This document shows, in pieces, positions 1 to 8,273 of a stretch of 60,134 bases of DNA. The position numbers and the translations under genes are program-made. The notes under the pieces were generated by a model. The model was not told the origin of the DNA. It did not search any database and saw only the letters and a program-made list of their open reading frames with translations. Origin of the DNA: Candidatus Saccharimonadales bacterium (GTDB taxonomy: Bacteria > Patescibacteriota > Saccharimonadia > Saccharimonadales > SZUA-47); assembly GCA_038211855.1 (NCBI GenBank), contig JBBQVE010000009.1, positions 1 to 60,134 on the forward strand. Reading direction: 5' to 3'. The stretch's first letter is position 1, and every line of letters begins with the position of its first letter.

Positions 1-140
1 AGATGAGCTTCGCTCATCTCACTCAGGAAATGCTTGACGTAGCCGTTAAGCAACTGAATACTAGACCAAGGAAACGACTGGGCTACAAAACACCGGCTCA
101 AGTCCTAAAGGTTACTGGTGCGTTTTGGATTGGAGTCTAG
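1..140 (+). mobile_element. IS30-family transposase, C-terminal 45 codons (5' part lies outside the window)
   Basis: Frame 3 reads MSFAHLTQEMLDVAVKQLNTRPRKRLGYKTPAQVLKVTGAFWIGV*. The LNxRPRKxLGYKTPxxV block is the typical IS30-family C-terminus. Stop is TAG at 138-140. Confidence 0.75.
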
Positions 141-970
141 GGCATAGTCCTCATGTCTATCTCTACACTCGCATCAGTAGAGTAAGACCAATCAGCAAGC
201 ACGTCTGGGTGTAGTGTATCGGTGAATTTTAGTATGTCGGCCATTGCTAGCATTTGAAGTACCTCAAAATCATGCACATTGTCTGGTGTATAGGATCGTA
301 ATTTCTCTATTTGTAGTTGACGCTGCGGTCCCTTGAAAGACATGCCGTGGCCTTCAGGTCTTGTATCGGCATATAGAAGCCCGGAAACGGTTGTCGCCAT
401 TAGTGCGTTCGTAATTCTTAAATCTGTCAGTGACTGTTTAAAGAAATAGCCTTTATGTTGTTCGTTCATACGTCTGCATAACTCAACAAATGCTGTCACC
501 GTATCATTGGTCTCTAATCGTATACTCATATTATTTGAATGTAGAGGTTTCAAAAGCTGCTCAGCTAAGAGGTTCAAATCTACGGTAGATAATTTTTGCA
601 TAGAATCTGGCGAGCTAGCTGCTTCACGCATGCCAATATGAATCTTCTTCGGTGTTCTATATAATTTTAGGATTGGTTCTGCAAAACGGCCGAGCAGACG
701 AATATCTTTTTTCGGTGCTTCATTTGTAACTGTTAGTTCTTGTAGTATGTGTGCTGACTCTGAGAGTCCATGAATATTGACCGTATTCCCATTCGTACCA
801 GGAATCGTTGATGCTTGCAGTTCGTTGTATTGTTCCGTATTCTGGATAGCCAGAAGTCCTACCTCTCGTGCCTGAGTAATCAGATGCTCTGGAAGCTCAG
901 CACGCTCAAATTCAGCAAGCTGTGCTTGCCAAGCAGGATCAAAAGTAGTTTCTACTAGAATGCTAGACAT
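137..970 (-). CDS. hypothetical protein, 277 aa, no recognisable motifs
   Basis: Long uninterrupted ORF starting at ATG. Its stop (137-139) overlaps the IS30 transposase stop. No family recognised by eye. Confidence 0.55.
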   Translation of the reverse strand: MSSILVETTFDPAWQAQLAEFERAELPEHLITQAREVGLLAIQNTEQYNELQASTIPGTNGNTVNIHGLSESAHILQELTVTNEAPKKDIRLLGRFAEPILKLYRTPKKIHIGMREAASSPDSMQKLSTVDLNLLAEQLLKPLHSNNMSIRLETNDTVTAFVELCRRMNEQHKGYFFKQSLTDLRITNALMATTVSGLLYADTRPEGHGMSFKGPQRQLQIEKLRSYTPDNVHDFEVLQMLAMADILKFTDTLHPDVLADWSYSTDASVEIDMRTMP

Positions 971-1020
971 ATTAAAGACACATTATAATGATTATAGCAA
1001 ATTAATGCAATACCATCATG

Positions 1021-1050
1021 TAACTAAAAGAGGCCTCCTTTGAGGCCTCT
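1021..1050 (-). terminator. rho-independent terminator downstream of tuf
   Basis: Perfect 9-bp stem AGAGGCCTC / GAGGCCTCT (1029-1037 / 1042-1050) with a 4-nt loop. On the minus strand it is followed by TTTTAGTT. It lies 24 nt after the tuf stop. Confidence 0.55.
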
Positions 1051-1073
1051 CAAATGGTCTATAGAAACCTAAG

Positions 1074-2255
1074 TTACTTTGTAACTTTGGTAACGACACC
1101 GGCACCAACCGTACGGCCACCTTCGCGGATAGCGAAGCGGAGACCCTGGTCCATGGCAATTGGGGCAAGCAGTTTTACCTTAAAGGTAATCGTGTCACCT
1201 GGCATGACCATTTCCTTGTCAGCTGGAAGTTCAACTTCGCCGGTTACGTCCGTCGTACGGAAGTAAAACTGTGGCTTGTATCCCTTGAAGAATGGCGTGT
1301 GACGGCCACCTTCTTCTTTGCTGAGGATATACACTTCAGCTTCAAATTCAGTGTGCGGCGTCACAGTACCTGGCTTGGCCAATACCTGACCACGCTCGAT
1401 GTCGTCGCGCTCGATACCGCGTAGCAGGATTCCAACATTGTCGCCGGCCTGACCTTGGGCAAGGTTCTTTTTGAACATTTCAACGCCGGTCACAACAACC
1501 TTGCGAGTATCACGAATTCCAACGATTTCAACTTCCTCGTTAATCTTGATGATACCCTGCTCAATACGGCCAGTCGCGACGGTGCCACGACCTTTGATTG
1601 AGAAGACATCTTCAATAGGCATGAGGAAAGGTTTATCGAGTTCGCGCTTTGGTTCTGGAATGAAATCATCCATCGCTTTGACGAGTTCCATGATAGCGTC
1701 TTCGTAGGCAGGATCACCTTCGAGTGCCTTCAATGCAGAACCTTTGATGATAGGAGCATTTTCATCATAGCCGTTTTTTGCAAGCAGTTCACGAATATCC
1801 ATTTCGACCAATTCGACGAGTTCAGCATCTGCCATGTCCATCTTGTTCAAAAAGACAAGGATAGATGGAACGCCGACCTGGCGGGCCAATAAAACGTGCT
1901 CACGAGTTTGAGGCATCGGGCCATCAGCAGCTGATACAACAAGAACTGCGCCGTCAATTTGAGCAGCTCCAGTAATCATGTTCTTAACGTAGTCAGCGTG
2001 ACCAGGCATGTCGACGTGCGCGTAGTGGCGCTTCTCTGACTCATATTCCTGGTGAGAAGTCGCGATGGTAATACCACGAGCTTTCTCTTCTGGAGCGTTG
2101 TCGATCTGATCGTAGTTGACTGGCTTATTGACTTCACTTGGAAGGCGCTTTGATAAAACAGTCGTTATTGCAGCAGTGAGTGTCGTCTTACCATGGTCGA
2201 CGTGACCCATAGTACCGACGTTAACATGTGGCTTGTCGCGCTTGAAATCTGCCAT
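1074..2255 (-). CDS. tuf: elongation factor Tu
   Basis: 393 aa with [18 protein letters not shown] and NKMD GTPase motifs, and full-length EF-Tu similarity. AAGGAG Shine-Dalgarno sits about 8 nt upstream. Confidence 0.98.
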   Translation of the reverse strand: MADFKRDKPHVNVGTMGHVDHGKTTLTAAITTVLSKRLPSEVNKPVNYDQIDNAPEEKARGITIATSHQEYESEKRHYAHVDMPGHADYVKNMITGAAQIDGAVLVVSAADGPMPQTREHVLLARQVGVPSILVFLNKMDMADAELVELVEMDIRELLAKNGYDENAPIIKGSALKALEGDPAYEDAIMELVKAMDDFIPEPKRELDKPFLMPIEDVFSIKGRGTVATGRIEQGIIKINEEVEIVGIRDTRKVVVTGVEMFKKNLAQGQAGDNVGILLRGIERDDIERGQVLAKPGTVTPHTEFEAEVYILSKEEGGRHTPFFKGYKPQFYFRTTDVTGEVELPADKEMVMPGDTITFKVKLLAPIAMDQGLRFAIREGGRTVGAGVVTKVTK

Positions 2256-2385
2256 TTTGTAATGACTCCTTATAAGGGTTTATGATTAATTTACTTGTTT
2301 CGCGATCCATAATTGCTCAATAGCACATCTATATATGATGTACACGAGCAAAAGCCCTCACGCGAGATACTATGTAATTGTAACG

Positions 2386-2420
2386 AAAAAACCAGCGCTT
2401 GTAAAGATACAGACGCTGGT
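2386..2420 (-). terminator. rho-independent terminator after the cohesin-like gene
   Basis: Minus strand reads ACCAGCG..(loop)..CGCTGGT followed by TTTTTT. It begins 9 nt after the stop at 2429. This implies tuf is transcribed from its own promoter in 2256-2385. Confidence 0.7.
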
Positions 2421-2428
2421 TTTAAGAA

Positions 2429-3466
2429 CTAGAGGCTTGGACCGTTTGGTGGACTATTTGGATCGTTTGGCGTCACTACTTCGCCAGGTGCTTGTGTTTC
2501 TGCGGCAGGAATCTTGTTTATTGGTGCAGTTGATACAGGTGCGGCAGGAGGAGTATTCAGGATGACATGACTACTAGCTCCAACAAGGCTTCCACGGCGC
2601 ATCAGCATAAAAGCAGCCGCTGCAAGCACGACGACACCAAGCGTACCGCCGGCAATCGCATAGAGCTTCGTGTTACTCTTTTTAGCAACCTGAGAAGCCG
2701 GAATTGGTTGACCTTCTGGTGTTGTTGCCCCTGTTGTTGGCGTTGTTGTAGGTGTTGGTGCGGATGTAGTTGGCGCGGCAGTCGTAGTTGACTTGGTTGG
2801 GGTCGCCGAAGTGTTTGTCTTTGTAGGAGTTGTAGTGTTATTTGTGGTTGAAGTGGTTGTTTTGGACGAAGTTGTACAGTTGGGTGGCGTACCAGTCTGA
2901 CCCGCAGGACATGTGGCAGGAGCTGGTGCCGCCTGAAAGGATACCATCGTACCGCTTACTGAGCCAAGCGCATCTGCTGTGCTAGACGGACCGCTCGCAT
3001 ACTGTAGATAAGAATTTGACCGGTCCAAGCCAATTGGCAAACTGCCGCTACTAGTAAGTGCTTTGAAAGTAAGCGTGACTGCCGTGAAAGCATGTCCAGC
3101 AGACATAGGTGTGGTCGTATAGCGAGAAAACTGGAAATAGCCTGATCCGACCCCATCGTCAGGTGTTGCCGTAAGTTTTTCTGCGTTTACAGCATCATCA
3201 CTCACATATTGTACTTTTGTAGCGTCAAATGTAATCCGTGCACCTACTGCAGATACTCCCGCAGTTGATCCGGTATTCGCAGAAACTTTAACGGTAAAGT
3301 TAGTTTGCCCCACAACAGATGAGGGGCTTGGCGTACCAAGGCTTATGGTACCGTCGGCTGCCGCTGCGACGCTTGCCGGCAAAACAAGTGGAAAAATGAC
3401 ACTTATAGCGATGATGCACGGCATGTACAGGCGTTTTACGATGGATTGAGTCGATAGTAGTTTCAT
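2429..3466 (-). CDS. cell-surface protein: signal peptide, cohesin-like beta module, Thr/Pro/Ser-rich linker, C-terminal TM anchor and Pro-rich tail
   Basis: The N-terminus is hydrophobic and ends in VAAAA. The module contains NFTVKVSANTG...ARITFDATKVQYVS...AVTLTFKAL, a cohesin-like pattern. The linker is of the TTTSTTNNTTTPTKT type. The TM segment is LYAIAGGTLGVVVLAAAAFMLM followed by RRG. Confidence 0.6.
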   Translation of the reverse strand: MKLLSTQSIVKRLYMPCIIAISVIFPLVLPASVAAAADGTISLGTPSPSSVVGQTNFTVKVSANTGSTAGVSAVGARITFDATKVQYVSDDAVNAEKLTATPDDGVGSGYFQFSRYTTTPMSAGHAFTAVTLTFKALTSSGSLPIGLDRSNSYLQYASGPSSTADALGSVSGTMVSFQAAPAPATCPAGQTGTPPNCTTSSKTTTSTTNNTTTPTKTNTSATPTKSTTTAAPTTSAPTPTTTPTTGATTPEGQPIPASQVAKKSNTKLYAIAGGTLGVVVLAAAAFMLMRRGSLVGASSHVILNTPPAAPVSTAPINKIPAAETQAPGEVVTPNDPNSPPNGPSL

Positions 3467-3471
3467 ATACG

Positions 3472-4695
3472 TTACTTCCCGTAATTGTTTATTAGTAATG
3501 TCAGGTCTTTATAGTTCACCGGTGGGATGCCATCTAACTCACCAACACTCGAGCTCTTGCCATAGTTATTAACTAGTAATGTCAGGTCTTTATAGTTCAC
3601 CGGTGGGATGCCATCTAACTCACCTACAGTAGGTTTTGTAGCTGCATCAGTTGTAACGGAAATCGCTGCAGATTTAAGGGAAGTATTTGGTACTGAGTCA
3701 AAGGCACTTACCTGGTATGTGTAAGTAGTGCTAGCCGTAACACTTATATCGCTAAAGCTGTGCGTACTGCCGCCGGGGCTGTTGAGAAGAACGGTGCCAC
3801 TAGGACCGTTACGGTAGACATTATAGCCCGCCACCGTACCGCTGTTATCGGTGCTTGTTGTCCATGATATGACAACGCCTGTTGCAGACTTACTTGTAAT
3901 CGAAACGGTGGGGACAGTAGGTGGTGTTGTATCGGCTGGAGGCGTACCGACTGGCGTAACAAGAGTTATAGGAGTCGACTTGGCAGATTCATTTCCGGCC
4001 GTATCGACTGCACTCACTTGGTAATTATAGCTTGTTGCAGCGGTGAGATTCGTATCCTGGTAGGTTGTAGTAGGAAAGTTAATTGTATTAATTGCAGTTG
4101 TTGCACCGTTACGATAAATCTTATAGCTTGCTACAGCTATATTATCGGTGCTCTGAGTCCAGTTTAGGGTAGCAGTCGTTGTTGTTTTGGCGGAACTTGT
4201 CAAATTTGGTACTGATGGCGGTGTTGTATCCTGAGGGGCAGCCAAACAATTGTCACCGGTCAAAACGGGACCATTGCCACCGCAAGTTGGATCAGCTGCA
4301 AAGACAACACGGTCTACCTTAACATTAGGCTCACGTCCATACATCGTATACGTATGCGTACCGGCACTAAGCGATAAGTTGATCTTTGTAGCAGTATTTC
4401 CGTCGCGGTAATCAACCCACTGCCATGAGTTGGTGCTTGTGAGCGTATCGCCGACAGTAATATTGCACTGTGTGCCATCAATTTCGAGAGTATAGGAGTT
4501 GTTTGTAGTATCAGGGACCGATATGCGGCTCCAGACACGATATGTGCCATCTGTTCCAATCGTAAAAGTACCTGTAACTTGACCGAGATTTGCTGTATTG
4601 GTTGCGCATGCGGCAAGTGCAGCTGGGGCATGAGACAAAGCTGCTAACCCAACGACTGTTGCCACTAGAGCGAGCTTTAGGCGCACGATTCTCAC
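3472..4695 (-). CDS. secreted protein: CBM/galactose-binding-like module, two FN3 domains, duplicated dockerin-like C-terminal segments
   Basis: Signal peptide ends ...APAALAAC. The N-terminal module reads YRVWSRI..NSYTLEIDG..WQWV..LSAGTHTYTMYGREPNVKVDRVVF. Two FN3-like units carry W..STDN..V..Y.(I/V)YRNG...Y.YQVSA.D. The C-terminus holds two copies of VGELDGIPPVNYKDLTLL(V/I)NNYGK. Confidence 0.6.
   Translation of the reverse strand: MRIVRLKLALVATVVGLAALSHAPAALAACATNTANLGQVTGTFTIGTDGTYRVWSRISVPDTTNNSYTLEIDGTQCNITVGDTLTSTNSWQWVDYRDGNTATKINLSLSAGTHTYTMYGREPNVKVDRVVFAADPTCGGNGPVLTGDNCLAAPQDTTPPSVPNLTSSAKTTTTATLNWTQSTDNIAVASYKIYRNGATTAINTINFPTTTYQDTNLTAATSYNYQVSAVDTAGNESAKSTPITLVTPVGTPPADTTPPTVPTVSITSKSATGVVISWTTSTDNSGTVAGYNVYRNGPSGTVLLNSPGGSTHSFSDISVTASTTYTYQVSAFDSVPNTSLKSAAISVTTDAATKPTVGELDGIPPVNYKDLTLLVNNYGKSSSVGELDGIPPVNYKDLTLLINNYGK
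3493..3624 (-). repeat. tandem duplication: perfect 51-bp direct repeat with 81-bp period, encoding the two dockerin-like segments
   Basis: tagtaatgtcaggtctttatagttcaccggtgggatgccatctaactcacc occurs at 3493-3543 and again at 3574-3624. Confidence 0.9.
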
Positions 4696-4825
4696 TTGTT
4701 ACCCTCCATTTAGGGGTAATTATAAGCACTATGTTTCAGTGAGTAAAGCATTTTCTTAGATTAGTCTAAAAAAAACGACCCAAACGGTTGATTGACCGAG
4801 AGAGCCGTTTAGTAGTTTTAAACTA

Positions 4826-6925
4826 TTAGTTTTTGGCGTTTTTGGCAATGACGGCTTCAGCAACGTTGCTTGGCACATCTTCGTAGCCGTTCAGCTCCAT
4901 GGTTGAGCTGGCGCGTCCCTGCGTCATGCTACGGATATCGGTTGTATACCCGAACATCTCTGATAGCGGCACAAAGGCAGTGACTACTTTGACACCAAAA
5001 CGGTCTTCGGTGCCTTCGACGCGGCCACGGCGGCTGCTTAAGTCGCCGATTACGTCACCCATGAAATCCTCAGGAGTCGTGACTTCGACTTTCATGACAG
5101 GTTCGAGCAGCGTGAGACCAGCTTTTCTGGCACCTTCTTGCAATGCCATTGAACCGGCAATCTTGAAGGCCATTTCGTTGGAGTCAACATCGTGGTATGA
5201 ACCAAAATACAACTCAGCTTTGACGCCGACAAGCGGGTATCCAGCAAGAACACCATTCGCCATCGCTTCTTTAATACCTTCTTGGACAGGCTTGATGTAT
5301 TCGGTTGGAACCGTACCACCCTTGATAGAGTTAACGAACTCGAAGCCCTCACCTGATTCGGTTGGAGACAAGCGGAGCCAGACGTCACCGTACTGACCAC
5401 GACCACCGGATTGGCGAATGAACTTACCTTGGACTTCGACATCAGATTTCTTGATAGTTTCGCGGTAGGCAACTTGCGGTGCGCCGACATTCGCTTCGAC
5501 ACTGAATTCCCGTTTCATACGGTCAACCAGAATTTCGAGATGAAGTTCGCCCATACCAGAAATAATCGTCTGACCCGTCTCGTGATCAACACGAATACGG
5601 AATGTTGGGTCTTCTTCAGCCAAACGCTGTAATGCAACACCCATTTTTTCTTGATCGGCTTTGGTCTTCGGCTCGATAGCAATCGAAACAGGTGGATCTG
5701 GGAAAGTAATGCTTTCCAGTAGTACAGGGTGTGCCTGATCGCACAGTGTGTTACCTGTTGTTGTACCCTTTAGTCCAACAATGGCAGCAATATCTCCTGC
5801 ACCAACAGATTCAACGTCTTCACGGCTGTTGGCGTGCATACGAACGATGCGCCCAACGCGCTCTTTTTCGCCTTTGCTGGAGTTATAGACGTAACTACCA
5901 GCGACCAGCGTGCCTGAGTAACAACGGAAGAAACAGAGCTTACCAACAAATGGGTCGGTGGCAATCTTGAAAGCCAGACCACTAAATGGTTCGTTTTCGT
6001 CAGCAGGTCGCTCGATAAGTTCACCAGTCTTTGGGTCAGTTCCCTTCTGTGCAGGAATATCGATTGGGCTTGGCAGATACATTGCAACAGCGTCCAAAAG
6101 CATCTGAACGCCCTTGTTTTTTAGGGCCGAGCCACAAAGAATCGGGTGCAGTTGTACGGCAATCACGCCTTTACGGATACAATTGTTGATTTCTTCCTCG
6201 GAAAGCTCTTCACCTTCAAGGTGCTTCATCATGGCATCGTCATCGGCTTCGACAATTTTATCAATCATCTTGGCGCGGTATTCTTTAGCCTTATCAGCGT
6301 ATTCAGCAGGAATATCAACTGTGTCGAACTCAGTGCCATCTTCAGTCTTGTAGACATAAGCGACCATCTTTACGAGGTCAATGATGCCGTTAAAGCCGCC
6401 TTCAGTGCCGATTGGCAACTGTATTGCGATACCGTTCTTAGTCAAACGATGCTCGATGCGGTCGAGGTCGATGTAGAAATCGGCACCGGTGCGGTCGAGT
6501 TTGTTAATAAAACAGATTCGAGGGACGCGGTATTTGTCGGCCTGGCGCCAGACAGTTTCCGTTTGAGCCTCAACTCCAGCAACACCGTCAAATACAGTGA
6601 CACCACCGTCGAGGACGCGCAAAGAACGTTCTACTTCTACGGTGAAGTCGACGTGACCTGGGGTATCAATAATGTTAAAACGATAATCTTCACCGTTAAA
6701 TGGCCATATGGCAGTGGTGGCAGCGCTGGTAATTGTGATACCACGCTCCTGTTCTTGCTCCATCCAGTCCATAACAGCTTCGCCATCATGCACTTCACCA
6801 ATTTTGTGGGTTTTACCAGTGTAATACAGAATACGTTCTGTCGTCGTGGTCTTACCGGCATCGATATGTGCAATGATGCCGATGTTCCGGACTTTATCGA
6901 GCGTTACTTTCTTGCCTGCTGCCAT
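4826..6925 (-). CDS. fusA: elongation factor G
   Basis: 699 aa with [17 protein letters not shown] and NKLD motifs, and full-length EF-G similarity. Confidence 0.98.
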   Translation of the reverse strand: MAAGKKVTLDKVRNIGIIAHIDAGKTTTTERILYYTGKTHKIGEVHDGEAVMDWMEQEQERGITITSAATTAIWPFNGEDYRFNIIDTPGHVDFTVEVERSLRVLDGGVTVFDGVAGVEAQTETVWRQADKYRVPRICFINKLDRTGADFYIDLDRIEHRLTKNGIAIQLPIGTEGGFNGIIDLVKMVAYVYKTEDGTEFDTVDIPAEYADKAKEYRAKMIDKIVEADDDAMMKHLEGEELSEEEINNCIRKGVIAVQLHPILCGSALKNKGVQMLLDAVAMYLPSPIDIPAQKGTDPKTGELIERPADENEPFSGLAFKIATDPFVGKLCFFRCYSGTLVAGSYVYNSSKGEKERVGRIVRMHANSREDVESVGAGDIAAIVGLKGTTTGNTLCDQAHPVLLESITFPDPPVSIAIEPKTKADQEKMGVALQRLAEEDPTFRIRVDHETGQTIISGMGELHLEILVDRMKREFSVEANVGAPQVAYRETIKKSDVEVQGKFIRQSGGRGQYGDVWLRLSPTESGEGFEFVNSIKGGTVPTEYIKPVQEGIKEAMANGVLAGYPLVGVKAELYFGSYHDVDSNEMAFKIAGSMALQEGARKAGLTLLEPVMKVEVTTPEDFMGDVIGDLSSRRGRVEGTEDRFGVKVVTAFVPLSEMFGYTTDIRSMTQGRASSTMELNGYEDVPSNVAEAVIAKNAKN

Positions 6926-6941
6926 GTCTGCTACCTATTCT

Positions 6942-7256
6942 TTAGTTTGTGATTGTAGTAATGAATATTGTTCGGACTGGTTCGTTTCGATTCACTTCTC
7001 TCGATTGAGTGTAGAGTCCAAGCACATCGGCTTCGTCAACGATAATGTCATTTTGTTCAATGACTAATGTATCTGAAATATCTCGTGAACACACTACTTC
7101 TGATGCTGATTTATAGAGTTGAAATCCTTCATTGGTAGGATCAGGCAAGAATTCAGCTTCGACTAACTCTTCGAAATATGTCGTCACTCTCACTGGACCG
7201 ATGCAGTCAGGTTTGCATTCCACCCCTCTTGCTGGACACATGAAAGTTTCGGACAT
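6942..7256 (-). CDS. hypothetical acidic protein, 104 aa, between rpsG and fusA
   Basis: ATG-initiated ORF fitted tightly between the rpsG stop (7259) and the fusA start (6925). By eye it looks AT-richer than its neighbours. No recognisable family. Confidence 0.5.
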   Translation of the reverse strand: MSETFMCPARGVECKPDCIGPVRVTTYFEELVEAEFLPDPTNEGFQLYKSASEVVCSRDISDTLVIEQNDIIVDEADVLGLYTQSREVNRNEPVRTIFITTITN

Positions 7257-7258
7257 GC

Positions 7259-7735
7259 TTATCTAGCAAAGTGCGCGAAGGCGCGGTTAGACTCGGCCAT
7301 CTTATGCACATCTTCCTTCTTCTTAAAGGAGGTACCTGACTGGTTGTAGGCGTCGGCGAGTTCGGCCGCGATGCGGTCACTCATGCCCATACCTTTTTTG
7401 GCGCGGGCTGCTGCTACAAACCACATAATGGTGAGGTGCTTTTGGCGCTGGCCTTTGACTTCAAACGGAATCTGGTAATTTGCACCACCGACACGGCGGG
7501 AGCGAGTTTCCATAAATGGTGTAATGTTCTTGATCGCTTTATCGAAAACGTCGAGTGGATCTTCGCTTTTGACTTTCTTAGCAGCTTTTTCCATACCTTC
7601 ATACACGAGACGTTCAGCGAGTTGCTTCTTGCCGTCCTGCATAACGCGATTAATCAGGCGCTGCACCATTTCATTGTTGTATTTACGATCAGGCAATTTT
7701 GGGCGGATTAAGGCCTTGGTAGTTTTTCGTGGCAT
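7259..7735 (-). CDS. rpsG: 30S ribosomal protein S7
   Basis: 158 aa with typical S7 sequence (...VMQDGKKQLAERLVY...VEVRSRRVGGANYQIP-like). Confidence 0.97.
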   Translation of the reverse strand: MPRKTTKALIRPKLPDRKYNNEMVQRLINRVMQDGKKQLAERLVYEGMEKAAKKVKSEDPLDVFDKAIKNITPFMETRSRRVGGANYQIPFEVKGQRQKHLTIMWFVAAARAKKGMGMSDRIAAELADAYNQSGTSFKKKEDVHKMAESNRAFAHFAR

Positions 7736-8148
7736 TACTTGGACTCCTTCTTGGCACCGTATTTGCTACGGCCTTGTTTGCGATTGGCAACACCTTGAAG
7801 GTCGAGTGAACCACGGACGATGTGATAACGAACACCAGGAAGATCGGGCACGCGACCACCTTTGATAAGAACGACAGCATGTTCTTGGAGGTTATGACCT
7901 TCGCCACCGATGTAAGCCCAGACTTCATAGCCATTTGTGAGGCGCACACGGGCAACCTTACGAAGGGCTGAGTTCGGCTTCTTTGGTGTCTTGGTGGTAA
8001 CTTTTATACAAACACCGCGCTTGAAAGGTGCTGACTTCTCGTAACTACGAGTCTTCAAGTTGTTCTGAACACGCTGCAGGGCTGGAGACTTGCTCTTGAC
8101 CTTGGCGGTCTGACGACTCTTGCGAACCAGTTGATTGATTGTTGGCAT
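7735..8148 (-). CDS. rpsL: 30S ribosomal protein S12
   Basis: 137 aa beginning [10 protein letters not shown], with [19 protein letters not shown]. Overlaps rpsG by 1 nt. Confidence 0.97.
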   Translation of the reverse strand: MPTINQLVRKSRQTAKVKSKSPALQRVQNNLKTRSYEKSAPFKRGVCIKVTTKTPKKPNSALRKVARVRLTNGYEVWAYIGGEGHNLQEHAVVLIKGGRVPDLPGVRYHIVRGSLDLQGVANRKQGRSKYGAKKESK

Positions 8149-8273
8149 TAAAATTCCAATAGCAAATTAAGTAATAGTACTGAGTGGTAGGTGGTCACCG
8201 AGACGACAGCACTCGTTTCTCGGCAACCTTGAACCTTATTAAGACTCACTTTAGCACACTTTAAGCATTTTGC

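Noticed and set aside
141-167. Possible IS30 terminal inverted repeats: TGTAG... at 60035-60061 against the reverse complement of 141-167.
   Set aside because: Only the first five bases (TGTAG) match, and the rest shows no convincing complementarity. The IS ends cannot be defined from this window.
2690-2900. Nucleotide-level GTTG/GTAG-rich quasi-repeats.
   Set aside because: They are the coding-strand complement of the Thr/Pro/Ser-rich linker of the cohesin-like protein. This is low-complexity coding sequence, not a structured repeat or CRISPR.
3493-3624. CRISPR-like appearance of the 51-bp repeat with a 30-bp spacer.
   Set aside because: There are only two copies, they lie inside an ORF and in frame (81-bp period = 27 codons), and no cas genes are present. 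It is a coding duplication.
4768-4815. Terminator downstream of fusA: a T8 tract on the minus strand preceded by AAACGG...CCGTTT.
   Set aside because: The only stem is 6 bp with a 17-nt loop and is separated from the T-tract by 6 nt, so it is not a canonical intrinsic terminator. I left it unannotated, though transcription may still pause or terminate here.
6146-6952. Long plus-strand ORFs antisense to conserved genes. Examples: 268 aa in fusA; 17183-17998 (271 aa) in tig; 11796-12455 (219 aa) across the rpoB-rpoC junction; 34540-35082 (180 aa) in nusA; 53268-53843 (191 aa) in the ATPase gene; 4899-5396 (165 aa) in fusA.
   Set aside because: They lie entirely opposite strongly conserved proteins. 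Their products are low-complexity and Ser/Leu/Arg-rich, with no motifs and no ribosome-binding sites. This is typical of open antisense frames, not genes.
8190-8225. Hairpin CCGAGA-N14-TCTCGG in the rpoC-rpsL spacer.
   Set aside because: It is a 6-bp stem without a T-tract. It could be part of an rpsL leader structure, but the evidence is too weak to call a terminator or a regulatory element.
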